Part shown: positions 44,937-54,625 of the stretch, piece after piece
Layout of the letters: every line of letters starts with the position of its first letter
Numbering within the stretch: the first letter of the stretch is position 1
From: Bacillota bacterium
GTDB taxonomy: Bacteria > Bacillota > Clostridia > Lachnospirales > Lachnospiraceae
NCBI GenBank assembly: GCA_023424995.1
Contig: JAFADH010000332.1
Coordinates: forward strand, 17,237 to 81,236
DNA: 64,000 nt
Direction of reading: 5' to 3'
Translations under genes and position numbers: made by a program
Notes under the pieces: generated by a model
Database searches by the model: none
The model's input: only the letters and a program-made list of their open reading frames with translations
Told to the model about the DNA's origin: nothing

Positions 44937-46349
44937 TCAGGAATCCCCTGGGAACCAGGCCTGGTCCAGCAGCCTGACCGCGGCGGCGATATCCTCCTCC
45001 GACATGGCGGCATAGCCGATGAGCAGCGCCGCCCGGGGATCCAGGGAGCTTCTGTCGCTGTAATATTTTGATATGCCATAGGTTTTTACACCGCAGCTTA
45101 AGGCGGAATCAACCAGCTCCCCCTCCGGCATGCTGTTGGGAACACGAAGGATCAGATGAAGGCCGGCGTCGGCACCCTGGATTTCAATACCCCGGCTGAG
45201 TCCCGTGACAGCTTTTACAAGGCTGTCACGTTTTCTTTTGTACACGGTACGCATTTTATTTAAATGCCGTTCAAAATATCCGTTTTCAATAAACCTGCAT
45301 AAAACCTTCTGTTCAATGACGGGCACCGGACAGAGGATATAGGACAGCCGCTCATGATAACGCTTCATTAGATGGGGAGGCAGTACCATATAACTGACCC
45401 GCAGAGCAGGTGAGACAGATTTGGACAGGGAGCCCATATAGATTACCTTTTCTTTGGTGTCCAGGCCCTGCAGTGCCGGTATGGGCTTGCCGCTGTATTT
45501 AAACTCACTGTCATAATCATCTTCAATAATATATCTTCCGGCTGCCTCATCCGCCCAGTTAAGAAGCTGTATCCGCCGGTTAATGGGCATTATCCCCCCG
45601 GACGGGAACTGATGGGCGGGGGTAATGCAGATAATATTGGAGCTGCTTTCATAAACCTGTTCCGGTATCATTCCGTTTCGGTCAATTCCGATTGCCGTAA
45701 AGCCGGCCCTACTTCCGGTAAATAACTGGTTCAGCTTTTCATAGCCGGGATTTTCAATTCCGTAGACACTGTCCGGTTCCAGGAGCTGTATCAGGGTCTG
45801 GAATAACAGCTCGGTTCCGGAGCTTATAATAATCTGATGCTCGGTGCAGTTAACGCCCCTGGACTGGTGAAGATAGGCGGATATGGCGGCCCTGAGCTTC
45901 CCATGCCCCAGGGAATCCCCCGGAAGGACCAGCTCATCGTCATATTCGTCGATAACCTCCTTCGTCAGCTTACGCCAGATATCAAAGGGAAAGGTATCGC
46001 GGTCGACTCCGTGGTAGGAAAAATCATAGCGAAGCTTCGGGGTACGGGAAGCTTCCTTATTAATACCGTGGAAAGGATTCATATGAAGTCTTTGCAAATG
46101 ATCGATCTGATTGACATAATATCCTTTTTTCTCTATTGAGGTTATGTAGCCCTCTTCCATAAGCTGGTCATAAGCAGCCTGGATAGTATTCTGGCTGATG
46201 TTAAGATAGGCGGAAAGCTTTCTTTTGGAAGGAAGCTTTGAATCCCAGAGGATCCTGCCGGTTTGTATTTCAATTTTGATATAGGAATACAGTTGATGGT
46301 AGATTGGTGTCCTGCTCTCAGTATCCAGATGAAAGGTCAGCATTTCCAT
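44937..46349 (-). CDS. pdxR: MocR-family (GntR HTH + PLP aminotransferase-like) regulator, PdxR-type
   Basis: The ORF extends to 46505. The preferred start is ATG 46349 (MEMLTFHLDTESRTPIYHQLYSYIK) downstream of GAAGGAG. A GntR wHTH is followed by a type-I aminotransferase fold (SLSKSVSPALRVSYM). It is divergent from pdxS-pdxT. Confidence 0.8.
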   Translation of the reverse strand: MEMLTFHLDTESRTPIYHQLYSYIKIEIQTGRILWDSKLPSKRKLSAYLNISQNTIQAAYDQLMEEGYITSIEKKGYYVNQIDHLQRLHMNPFHGINKEASRTPKLRYDFSYHGVDRDTFPFDIWRKLTKEVIDEYDDELVLPGDSLGHGKLRAAISAYLHQSRGVNCTEHQIIISSGTELLFQTLIQLLEPDSVYGIENPGYEKLNQLFTGSRAGFTAIGIDRNGMIPEQVYESSSNIICITPAHQFPSGGIMPINRRIQLLNWADEAAGRYIIEDDYDSEFKYSGKPIPALQGLDTKEKVIYMGSLSKSVSPALRVSYMVLPPHLMKRYHERLSYILCPVPVIEQKVLCRFIENGYFERHLNKMRTVYKRKRDSLVKAVTGLSRGIEIQGADAGLHLILRVPNSMPEGELVDSALSCGVKTYGISKYYSDRSSLDPRAALLIGYAAMSEEDIAAAVRLLDQAWFPGDS

Positions 46350-46492
46350 TGGTAAATCCACTCCTTCTGCTTGTATTGGCAGGGCCTGTAATAGTGCGGC
46401 ATACTGGAATAATCCGGGTATTATGCATGGCAATGGTTTCCTCATGGTGACAGATGCCGTATGCAATATCCGAAAGACCTTAATAACCCGCA

Positions 46493-46544
46493 AATCTGAT
46501 ACCATTAATAATGTGTTTTCTGATACTTATAATATGACCAGATT
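46493..46544 (+). promoter_or_regulatory. candidate PdxR operator (two direct plus one inverted TCTGATAC-like motifs)
   Basis: AATCTGATACC (46493-46503), TCTGATAC (46519-46526) and the inverted copy ATGACCAGATT (46534-46544) surround a TATAAT at 46528-46533. Confidence 0.3.
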
Positions 46545-46658
46545 GGAATTATAATAGGATAAAATTTTAAAAATGTCAAGCGGCACAGCCGGGGATAAGA
46601 ATGCTTCTTAAACGGGAACATATTATATTCACGGCTGTGCAGCAACAGGAGGGCCGAT

Positions 46659-47534
46659 ATGTTGAATGAAAGATATGAATTGAACAAGAATCTGGCGCAG
46701 ATGCTGAAAGGCGGCGTAATCATGGATGTTACGACCCCGGAGCAGGCGAAGATCGCCGAGGCTGCCGGTGCCTGCGCAGTTATGGCGCTGGAACGGATAC
46801 CGGCGGATATCAGGGCTGCCGGAGGGGTTTCAAGAATGAGCGATCCGGGAATGATCCGCACAATCCAGGAGGCAGTGACCATCCCGGTCATGGCAAAGGT
46901 ACGGATCGGGCATTTTGCTGAGGCACAGATACTGGAGGCGGTCGAGATCGATTTTATTGATGAGAGCGAGGTGCTGTCTCCTGCAGATGATACCTTTCAT
47001 ATTGATAAAAGCAAGTTCCGTGTGCCCTTTGTATGCGGTGCGAAGGATCTGGGAGAAGCGCTTAGAAGGATAGCGGAGGGAGCATCCATGATAAGGACCA
47101 AGGGTGAACCGGGAACCGGGGATGTGGTACAGGCGGTCCGCCATATACGGCTCATCCATCAGCAGATCAGAAAGCTTCAAGGCCTGAGAGAGGATGAATT
47201 ATACCATGCCGCGAAGGAGCTTGAGGTACCATATGAACTGGTACGGTATGTACATATCCACGGCAGTCTTCCGGTAGTTAATTTTGCTGCCGGAGGAGTG
47301 GCCACACCGGCGGATGCCGCCCTGCTTATGCAGCTGGGTGCGGAGGGAGTGTTTGTGGGCTCCGGTATCTTTAAATCCGGTAATCCGGCCAAGCGGGCAC
47401 AGGCAATCGTAAAGGCCGTTGCCAATTACCAGGATGCGAAGCTGCTGGCAGAACTTTCTAAGGATCTGGGAGAAGCCATGGTAGGTATCAATGAACAGGA
47501 AATAGAGCTGCTGATGTCACAGCGCGGGATTTAA
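46659..47534 (+). CDS. pdxS: pyridoxal 5'-phosphate synthase lyase subunit
   Basis: [52 protein letters not shown] is the canonical PdxS N-terminus. SD is AGGAGGG. Confidence 0.95.
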   Translation: MLNERYELNKNLAQMLKGGVIMDVTTPEQAKIAEAAGACAVMALERIPADIRAAGGVSRMSDPGMIRTIQEAVTIPVMAKVRIGHFAEAQILEAVEIDFIDESEVLSPADDTFHIDKSKFRVPFVCGAKDLGEALRRIAEGASMIRTKGEPGTGDVVQAVRHIRLIHQQIRKLQGLREDELYHAAKELEVPYELVRYVHIHGSLPVVNFAAGGVATPADAALLMQLGAEGVFVGSGIFKSGNPAKRAQAIVKAVANYQDAKLLAELSKDLGEAMVGINEQEIELLMSQRGI

Positions 47535-47549
47535 CCACAGGAGGAACCG

Positions 47550-48119
47550 ATGAAGCGTATTGGAGTATTGGCTCTTCAGGGGGCATTTGCAGAGCATATC
47601 AGGGTCTTGGAGCAACTGGGCGTGCAGGCCTGTGAGCTGAGACAAAAGGCGGACCTTTCAGACCGGCCGCTGGACGGAGTTATCCTGCCGGGCGGTGAAA
47701 GCACGGTGATGGGCAAATTACTCAGGGAACTGGATATGCTTTATGATCTGAAGCAAATGATACGGGAAGGGCTCCCCGTTCTGGGCACCTGTGCCGGACT
47801 CATCCTTCTTGCCGGAGAGATATCGGGTGATGATAACCGCTATCTTGGCACTATGGACATCACGGTCCGGAGGAATGCCTATGGAAGGCAGCTGGGAAGC
47901 TTTCATACCAGAAGTGTCTTTCAGGGGGTGGGAGAGGTGCCCATGACCTTTATCCGGGCGCCCTTGATTGAACGGGTAGCTGAGGAGAAAGGAGCGGAGG
48001 TCTTAGCTTTCGCGGGGGAGCATATCGTAGCCGCAAGACAAAAGAATATGCTGGTGACGGCCTTTCATCCGGAGCTGGGCGGGGATGATAGGATCCATAA
48101 ATTCTTCTTAAAGCTGTGA
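47550..48119 (+). CDS. pdxT: pyridoxal 5'-phosphate synthase glutaminase subunit
   Basis: MKRIGVLALQGAFAEHI... has the catalytic GTCAG motif and the FHPE C-terminal motif. Confidence 0.9.
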   Translation: MKRIGVLALQGAFAEHIRVLEQLGVQACELRQKADLSDRPLDGVILPGGESTVMGKLLRELDMLYDLKQMIREGLPVLGTCAGLILLAGEISGDDNRYLGTMDITVRRNAYGRQLGSFHTRSVFQGVGEVPMTFIRAPLIERVAEEKGAEVLAFAGEHIVAARQKNMLVTAFHPELGGDDRIHKFFLKL

Positions 48120-48267
48120 TCCCATTGGAACAATTTGCTCTATGGCCTGCATACGGGCGGATAATGCCATGGGCAGCCGGCATTGTCCGCCCGTTCATGA
48201 AAGCCGTTAAAATACAGCATCATAGCCTGCGGCAGCATGGATTCTGAAAGATTTCCGTATATAATTA

Positions 48268-48282
48268 AAGTTTCAAAAATTT
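48268..48282 (+). promoter_or_regulatory. CodY-box-like site overlapping the liv promoter region
   Basis: AAGTTTCAAAAATTT matches AATTTTCWGAAAATT at 12 of 15 positions. It lies just upstream of the -35. Confidence 0.3.
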
Positions 48283-48286
48283 ACAC

Positions 48287-48315
48287 TTGCAATTATGAAC
48301 TTTTCATACTATAAT
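48287..48315 (+). promoter_or_regulatory. consensus SigA promoter of the branched-chain amino-acid ABC operon
   Basis: TTGCAA (48287-48292), 17 nt, TATAAT (48310-48315). Confidence 0.55.
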
Positions 48316-48479
48316 AAAGTACATCTTTAGCAATGTATTGATTATTCAATAAAGCTAAGGAATAAAATATAAAACGAGACAAAAGGGTTTCAACAATTAT
48401 CAAAGGTTACCGGCGACGGCGATTCTTGATAAGGGCTGAAGCCCTATTTGCATTTAATCAAAAGGAGGGAATTAATTAA

Positions 48480-49667
48480 ATGAAGAGAAAATTATTATCT
48501 TTATTACTTGCATCCGTAATGATCGGATCATTGTTGACAGGATGTAAAAGCACACCGGCGGATAATACTCCGGCAACACCCACACCCGGAACTGATACAT
48601 CATCCGGTGAAGAAGACAATGTAATAAGAATCGGTGTTGTAGGAAGCTTAACAGGCGGCAGCGCTATCTATGGTAAGGGTGCACAGAACTCAATTACCAT
48701 GGCGGCAGAGGAGATTAATGCAAGCGACAGTCCCATAAAGGTAGAGATCGTAAACGGAGGTAAGGTTGTAGATGACGGCGGCGATGCCAAGCAGGCCGTG
48801 AATGCTTATAACAGCCTGGAGCCTGAGAAGCCCGAAGCAATCGTAGGCGCGTTCTTCTCCTCCATTACAATTCCCATGGCAGAGCTTGCCAACGAGCAGG
48901 GTATGTTATTATTAGCTACCGGCGCTACCAACGTAAAGGTTACCCAGATTGGACCCACCATCTTCAGAAATAACTTTATCGATCCCTTCCAGGGCGAGAT
49001 GGCGGCAAACTTTGCGAAAGAGCTTGGCGCAACCAAGGCAGCGATCGTATATGCAAAAGATGATGATTATTCCAACGGTCTGAAGGACGCTTTCGTAAAA
49101 AGTGCGGCAGACGTCGGCATTGAAGTGGTATATACCGGTGAATGCACCACAAAGGATACTGACTTTACCGCTCAGGCTTCCCAGGTAGTTGCTTCCGGAG
49201 CTGACTTCTTATTCTATCCCGTATTCCTGGATACTGTTCCCCTGATCGTTCAGCAGGTAAGAGATGCCGGCTTTGAAGGCCCTATCATGGGCGGTGACGG
49301 CTGGGATGGTGCTGATACCACCGGACTGGAATCCTATTTTGAGAATTGCTATTTCACCAATCATTATTCCAATGAGGATACTTCACCCGCAGTACAGGCA
49401 TTTGTTACCAAGTATACCGAGAAATACGGCGCAGATACTCTGAATGCCTGCGCAGCTCTTTACTACGATGCGATCTATATGTTAGTAGAAGCAGCAAAGA
49501 CCGGCGGCGGTACAGATACAGCTTCACTGGTTGAGGGCATGGACGGCATGTCATTCTCCGGCGTAGGAACCTTTACTCTTGATGAGAACCGTAATGCGAT
49601 TAAGGCTGTGGTTGTAAATACCTATGTCGATGGCAAGGTTAAGTGGTTAAAGACCCTGGAGCCGTAA
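48480..49667 (+). CDS. livJ: branched-chain amino-acid ABC transporter substrate-binding lipoprotein
   Basis: The lipobox reads LLTGC. It has a type-1 periplasmic binding fold (IRIGVVGSLTGGSAIYG). It is the first gene of a livHMGF-type operon. Confidence 0.8.
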   Translation: MKRKLLSLLLASVMIGSLLTGCKSTPADNTPATPTPGTDTSSGEEDNVIRIGVVGSLTGGSAIYGKGAQNSITMAAEEINASDSPIKVEIVNGGKVVDDGGDAKQAVNAYNSLEPEKPEAIVGAFFSSITIPMAELANEQGMLLLATGATNVKVTQIGPTIFRNNFIDPFQGEMAANFAKELGATKAAIVYAKDDDYSNGLKDAFVKSAADVGIEVVYTGECTTKDTDFTAQASQVVASGADFLFYPVFLDTVPLIVQQVRDAGFEGPIMGGDGWDGADTTGLESYFENCYFTNHYSNEDTSPAVQAFVTKYTEKYGADTLNACAALYYDAIYMLVEAAKTGGGTDTASLVEGMDGMSFSGVGTFTLDENRNAIKAVVVNTYVDGKVKWLKTLEP

Positions 49668-49697
49668 TCCGCTTAAGAACTAAACATTGGAACATAC

Positions 49698-49738
49698 TAC
49701 GACACAGGAGCAGGTGCAGAGCTTGTTTCTGTGTCGTA
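49698..49738 (+). terminator. stem-loop between the SBP and permease genes (partial terminator or stabiliser)
   Basis: TACGACACAG (49698-49707) pairs with CTGTGTCGTA (49729-49738), 10 bp, with no clean T-run. A possible internal promoter, TTGACT-N18-TATAAT, follows at about 49751-49780. Confidence 0.4.
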
Positions 49739-49878
49739 TGTTATGAATACTTGACTGGAAAATATAAGTAATATTATAATAAAACTAAATTTTATCAATT
49801 GACTTAAGGCAATAACAGGAGAAAGTGCCCGAGGCATAAGCTGTCGGGCGAAATCAAAGCAGAAAGTTGGGTGTTGGC

Positions 49879-50766
49879 ATGTCATTATTTATACAAAGTA
49901 TGGTGAATGGACTTAACCAGGGTGCCATCTATGCATTGATAGCCCTTGGCTATACCATGGTTTACGGTATCATCCGCATGATTAACTTTGCGCATGGTGA
50001 CTTCATTATGGTAGGAAGTTATACGTTGTTTTACACAATACCGTTAATGATCAGAGCAGGTATGCCGGCATGGATGGCAGTATTGTTTGCGGTGGTCGTG
50101 TGTACTGTGGTGGGTATCTCGGTTGAGGTAATTGCCTACAGGCCGGTACGAAAAGCAGGTTCGTTAACAGCGCTTATAACAGCCTTGGCGATGAGTCTTT
50201 TCTTAGAGAATATGGCGATGGTGCTGTTCGGACCGAATCCGAGATCGGTTCCTGCCATATTCAAGCTTCCCTCCCTTGATTTTATAGGTGTGAGATTACA
50301 GTTAAAATACCTGATCACCTTGGGTATCGGTATTGTTATGATGATTTCACTGAATTTGTTTGTCAAATATACAAAGCTTGGTAAAGCCATGAGAGCCGTG
50401 CCTCAGGATAAGCAGGCAGCGACTTTGATGGGTATTAAGGTTAATAATATTATCACGGTCACCTTCGGTATCGGTTCGGCTCTTGCAGCGGTGGCGGCAC
50501 TGCTGTATTGCAGCACTTATCCCAGAGTTACCATGGATATGGGAAGTATGATGGGTCTGAAGGCATTTATCGCCGCGGTTCTTGGGGGTATCGGAAGTAT
50601 TCCGGGTGCCATGGTCGGCGGCCTGCTGGTGGGTCTGATTGAGATCTTTGTTAAGGTATATGTTGCTCCCGGATGGTATGAAGCGATTACCTACAGTCTC
50701 TTAATCATCGTATTAATCGTAAAACCTTCCGGTATTCTCGGTAAGAATATCGGCGAGAAAGTGTAG
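49879..50766 (+). CDS. livH: branched-chain amino-acid ABC transporter permease (LivH type)
   Basis: MSLFIQSMVNGLNQGAIYALIALGYTMVYG is the typical LivH N-terminus. An alternative TTG start is at 49867. Confidence 0.85.
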   Translation: MSLFIQSMVNGLNQGAIYALIALGYTMVYGIIRMINFAHGDFIMVGSYTLFYTIPLMIRAGMPAWMAVLFAVVVCTVVGISVEVIAYRPVRKAGSLTALITALAMSLFLENMAMVLFGPNPRSVPAIFKLPSLDFIGVRLQLKYLITLGIGIVMMISLNLFVKYTKLGKAMRAVPQDKQAATLMGIKVNNIITVTFGIGSALAAVAALLYCSTYPRVTMDMGSMMGLKAFIAAVLGGIGSIPGAMVGGLLVGLIEIFVKVYVAPGWYEAITYSLLIIVLIVKPSGILGKNIGEKV

Positions 50767-50774
50767 GTGGAAGC

Positions 50775-51776
50775 ATGAAAATACTGAACAATAAAAAATG
50801 GACGTATTTAATTAATTTTATAGGAATATGTATCATATTTCTGCTGCTGATGTTTCTTTTCAATTCCGGTATATTGGGAAACTGGAATAATTACATTAAA
50901 GGTATCTTAACTACCGCATGCTATACCATCATCATGGTGGCGTCACTTAATCTGCTGACCGGCTTCATGGGAGAGTTTTCGATCGGTCATGCAGGCTTTA
51001 TGTCTGTGGGGGCTTATGCTTCTGCAATTCTTACCAATGTACTGGCGGGCAGAGGCATACCGGATATTCTTCTTTTTATCATTGCTCTTTTAGCCGGCGG
51101 AATTGTAGCCGGTATCACAGGAGCTCTGGTCGGTATCCCCGCCCTTCGGCTGAGAGGGGACTATCTGGCAATTGTGACCATTGCATTCGCAGAGATCATC
51201 CGGGTTGCATTCACTAATTTTACAATTACCGGCGGCGGCAGAACCATGAGCGGTATTACAAAGCTTTCCGACTTTTTCTGGTGCTTCTGGGTGATGGTAA
51301 TCTGTGTTACTATTATGTATATGTACATCAGATCCAGATACGGCCGTACGGTGATTGCCATTCGCGAGGATTATATCGCCGCATCCGCCAGCGGCATCAA
51401 TGTAACCTATTATAAGGTTCTGACATTTACCATATCCGCATTCTTTGCAGGTGTGGGCGGAGCGATGTATGCCCACTATATGACGGCGATGATTCCCACT
51501 ACCTTTAACTTCATGTATTCCGCAGAATTTTTAACCATGGTTATCATCGGCGGGACGGGATCCTTAACCGGCTCCATCCTCGGCGCTACCTTCCTTTCTT
51601 CCTTGCCGGAGCTTATGAGGGATTTTGCCCAGTACCGTATGCTGGCTTATTCCGTAGTACTGGTATTGGTTATGATATTTAAGCCGAGCGGTATCTTTGG
51701 TACCTATGAATTCTCCCTGACGAATATTCTTTCTAAGATATTTGGCAGGAAAGAAAAGAAAGCCAGGGAGGTGTAG
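50775..51776 (+). CDS. livM: branched-chain amino-acid ABC transporter permease (LivM type)
   Basis: 333 aa, multi-pass, with GEFSIGHAGFMSVGAY and LRLRGDYLAIVT motifs. Confidence 0.85.
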   Translation: MKILNNKKWTYLINFIGICIIFLLLMFLFNSGILGNWNNYIKGILTTACYTIIMVASLNLLTGFMGEFSIGHAGFMSVGAYASAILTNVLAGRGIPDILLFIIALLAGGIVAGITGALVGIPALRLRGDYLAIVTIAFAEIIRVAFTNFTITGGGRTMSGITKLSDFFWCFWVMVICVTIMYMYIRSRYGRTVIAIREDYIAASASGINVTYYKVLTFTISAFFAGVGGAMYAHYMTAMIPTTFNFMYSAEFLTMVIIGGTGSLTGSILGATFLSSLPELMRDFAQYRMLAYSVVLVLVMIFKPSGIFGTYEFSLTNILSKIFGRKEKKAREV

Positions 51777-51779
51777 TTT

Positions 51780-52562
51780 ATGATGAACACAGAGCAACCC
51801 GTATTGAAGGCGTCGCATCTTGGAATTGCTTTCGGCGGACTCAAAGCGGTGAGTGATTTTAATATTGAGATCGGTAAAAGTGAACTATTCGGTCTGATCG
51901 GACCCAACGGAGCAGGAAAGACTACGGTATTTAACCTGCTGACCGGTGTTTATAAGCCTACGGAAGGTGCATATTATCTAAATGGTGAGAATATGAACGG
52001 CAGGAAGACTCATCAGGTGGTGCAGGCCGGGATCGCCAGAACCTTCCAGAATATCCGTCTGTTTAAGAAGATGACAGCCTTGGAGAATGTCAAGGTTGCT
52101 ATGAATAAGAATATGAAATATTCCGTCGCTTCGGCTATCTTAAGACTTCCCAGCTACTGGAAGGAAGAAGCCGAGATAGACGCCAGGGCAAGGGAGCTTT
52201 TAGAGGTAGTAAGACTAGGGGACAAAGCCGGCGTTGTCGCGGCGAATCTTCCCTACGGACAGCAAAGAAGACTGGAGATCGCAAGAGCGCTTGCTACCGG
52301 TATGAAGCTGCTGTTATTGGATGAGCCTGCTGCCGGTATGAATCCTACCGAGACGGCAGAGCTGCTTGATATCATCAATTTAATCCGTAAGAAATTCGAC
52401 ATATCCGTATTACTGATAGAGCATGACATGAGCCTTGTCATGAATATCTGCGAGAAGATACAGGTTCTTGATTACGGCGAGACAATTGCATTTGGCACAC
52501 CGGATGAGATAGCCAGAAACACCAGGGTTATTGAAGCTTATCTCGGTAAAGAAGACGAATAG
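51780..52562 (+). CDS. livG: branched-chain amino-acid ABC transporter ATP-binding protein (LivG type)
   Basis: Walker A is GPNGAGKTT, the signature region is YGQQRRLEIARAL, and Walker B is LLLDEPAAGMN. Confidence 0.9.
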   Translation: MMNTEQPVLKASHLGIAFGGLKAVSDFNIEIGKSELFGLIGPNGAGKTTVFNLLTGVYKPTEGAYYLNGENMNGRKTHQVVQAGIARTFQNIRLFKKMTALENVKVAMNKNMKYSVASAILRLPSYWKEEAEIDARARELLEVVRLGDKAGVVAANLPYGQQRRLEIARALATGMKLLLLDEPAAGMNPTETAELLDIINLIRKKFDISVLLIEHDMSLVMNICEKIQVLDYGETIAFGTPDEIARNTRVIEAYLGKEDE

Positions 52563-52576
52563 GAGGGAGAGTGCGT

Positions 52577-53284
52577 ATGTTATCAATCAAAGATTTGCAT
52601 GTTTCCTACGGTGCAATTGACGCCATTCGTGGTGTAAGCCTTGAGGTAAATAACGGTGAGATCGTATCGCTTATCGGTGCAAACGGTGCCGGTAAAACCA
52701 CCATATTACACACTATCACAGGTCTGAAGGCAGCAAAAAGCGGTACCATTACTTACAACGATCTGGATCTTCGTGCCACCGATGCCAGCAGATTGATCCG
52801 GTATGGAATCTGTCATGTACCGGAGGGAAGGCACATCTTCCCGGATATGACGGTGCTGGAGAATCTTGAGATGGGAGCTTATTCCCTTAAAATCAGCAAG
52901 CATGATCTTGAGAAGAAGATGAATGTTGTATTCGAACGTTTCCCAAGATTAAAGGAACGGTATAAGCAGCTGGCAGGGACCCTATCTGGCGGCGAGCAGC
53001 AGATGTTAGCCATGGGCAGGGCTCTGATGGCCGATCCCAAGATCCTTCTGCTGGATGAACCGTCCATGGGACTGTCACCGATTCTGGTGAAGGAAATCTT
53101 CAGCATCATCAGATATTGCCATGACCTGGGAATTACCATACTCCTGGTTGAGCAGAATGCCAAGATGGCACTGAGTATCGCCGACCGGGCCTATGTTCTT
53201 GAGACCGGGGGCATAACCATCTCCGGCAAAGCCAAGGATCTGCTGGAGGATGACAGGGTACGCAAGGCATATCTGGGACAGTAG
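52577..53284 (+). CDS. livF: branched-chain amino-acid ABC transporter ATP-binding protein (LivF type)
   Basis: The ORF runs from GTG 52571. ATG 52577 (MLSIKDLHVSYG) lies 10 nt after GGAGG. It has GANGAGKTT, LSGGEQQMLAMGRAL and LLLDEPSMGLSP. Confidence 0.9.
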   Translation: MLSIKDLHVSYGAIDAIRGVSLEVNNGEIVSLIGANGAGKTTILHTITGLKAAKSGTITYNDLDLRATDASRLIRYGICHVPEGRHIFPDMTVLENLEMGAYSLKISKHDLEKKMNVVFERFPRLKERYKQLAGTLSGGEQQMLAMGRALMADPKILLLDEPSMGLSPILVKEIFSIIRYCHDLGITILLVEQNAKMALSIADRAYVLETGGITISGKAKDLLEDDRVRKAYLGQ

Positions 53285-53475
53285 AAAATATTTATTTTGT
53301 GTAATAAAATATAAGGGTATGGAATAAAAGTATTAGGACTTGTGATAACGAAAATAATATGATTTATTTATATGTCAGTTAAACATTTTGACCTGTATTA
53401 ATGATGCCGCAAAGATGCGGTATCATTATACCAAGGCACAATTTTGCAAGTTGTTAAGAAAGGTATGGTTGTAAA

Positions 53476-54318
53476 ATGGAAAACTTAGGATATTATGATG
53501 GGAAATATGATTTAATTGAGAATATGACGATCCCGTTTGACGACAGAGTTCATTATTATGGTGACGGAGTATATGATGCAACATGCGCCGGCAATCACAT
53601 TATATTTAACCTGGAGGAGCATATTGACCGGTTCTTTAACAGCGCGGCATTACTTCAGATAAAAATACCTCATACCAAGGAGGAGGTAAAAAATATTCTG
53701 AATGAAATGATTGCCAAGGTAGATGGGGAGGAGCATTTTGTCTACTGGCAGGCAACAAGAGCGGTAGCACCCAGAAACCATAAATTCCCGGAGGGCCCGT
53801 CCAAGCTGTGGATCTCCGTCCGGCAGAAGAAAATCGCCGATATGAATAAGCCGGTAAAGCTTATAACAGTCGAGGACACAAGGTTCCTGCATTGTAATAT
53901 CAAGACCCTTAACCTGATACCGAATGTTATGGCGGCTCAGAAGGCGGAGCTGGCAGGCTGTGATGAGGTTGTTTTCCATCGCGGTGAAAGAGTAACGGAA
54001 GGCGCCCACAGCAATGTCCATATCATTAAGGACGGCAGGTTCATAACTCCTCCGACGGATCATTATATACTTCCCGGAATTGCAAGAGCACATCTGATCA
54101 ATATGTGTAAGAAGCTGAATATCCCTTATGATGAGACAACCTTCACCGTGAAGGAGCTGACGGAAGCGGATGAGGTTATCGTAAGCTCCTCCAGCTGCTT
54201 CTGTTTATCCGCATCCGAGGTTGACGGACAGAAGGTGGGAGGCAAGGCACCGGAGCTGCTTCAGCGATTACAGGAAGCACTGTTGGACGAATACTTGACA
54301 GCGACGTTGCAGAAATAA
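53476..54318 (+). CDS. class IV (fold type IV) aminotransferase, D-amino-acid aminotransferase-like
   Basis: 280 aa. The N-terminus reads FDDRVHYYGDGVYDAT (compare D-alanine aminotransferase FEDRGYQFGDGVYEV). The catalytic-Lys region is CNIKTLNLIPNVMA. Substrate class is not provable from sequence alone. Confidence 0.7.
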   Translation: MENLGYYDGKYDLIENMTIPFDDRVHYYGDGVYDATCAGNHIIFNLEEHIDRFFNSAALLQIKIPHTKEEVKNILNEMIAKVDGEEHFVYWQATRAVAPRNHKFPEGPSKLWISVRQKKIADMNKPVKLITVEDTRFLHCNIKTLNLIPNVMAAQKAELAGCDEVVFHRGERVTEGAHSNVHIIKDGRFITPPTDHYILPGIARAHLINMCKKLNIPYDETTFTVKELTEADEVIVSSSSCFCLSASEVDGQKVGGKAPELLQRLQEALLDEYLTATLQK

Positions 54319-54625
54319 ATATAAGGGTGTTGCAAAACCATTTGCAGCACCCTATAGACGTTTATATGCAATTTATTTTACATGCAGATATGCGCATGAT
54401 GTGAATGACTCTGCAGGATACCCATCAGGCGCAATGTGTACGGGAGAGTGCATTGTCTTGTTCATAATCAGCCAAATGCATTGTATGTCTTGCCATATTC
54501 CGCGTCAGCTTTACTCCGTGCATACCGCTGCGGGGTGTCCGGTTTCTTGCGGAAATGACAAAACATTCAGTATAGCTTGACGGAAGGTGAATGAGGCAGT
54601 ACGCCGGGAAAGGAATGTTAATAAT

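Noticed and set aside
46505-46891. 128-aa minus-strand ORF overlapping the pdxS start
   Set aside because: It is antisense to the highly conserved pdxS N-terminus and spans the regulatory spacer. It has no SD or motif.
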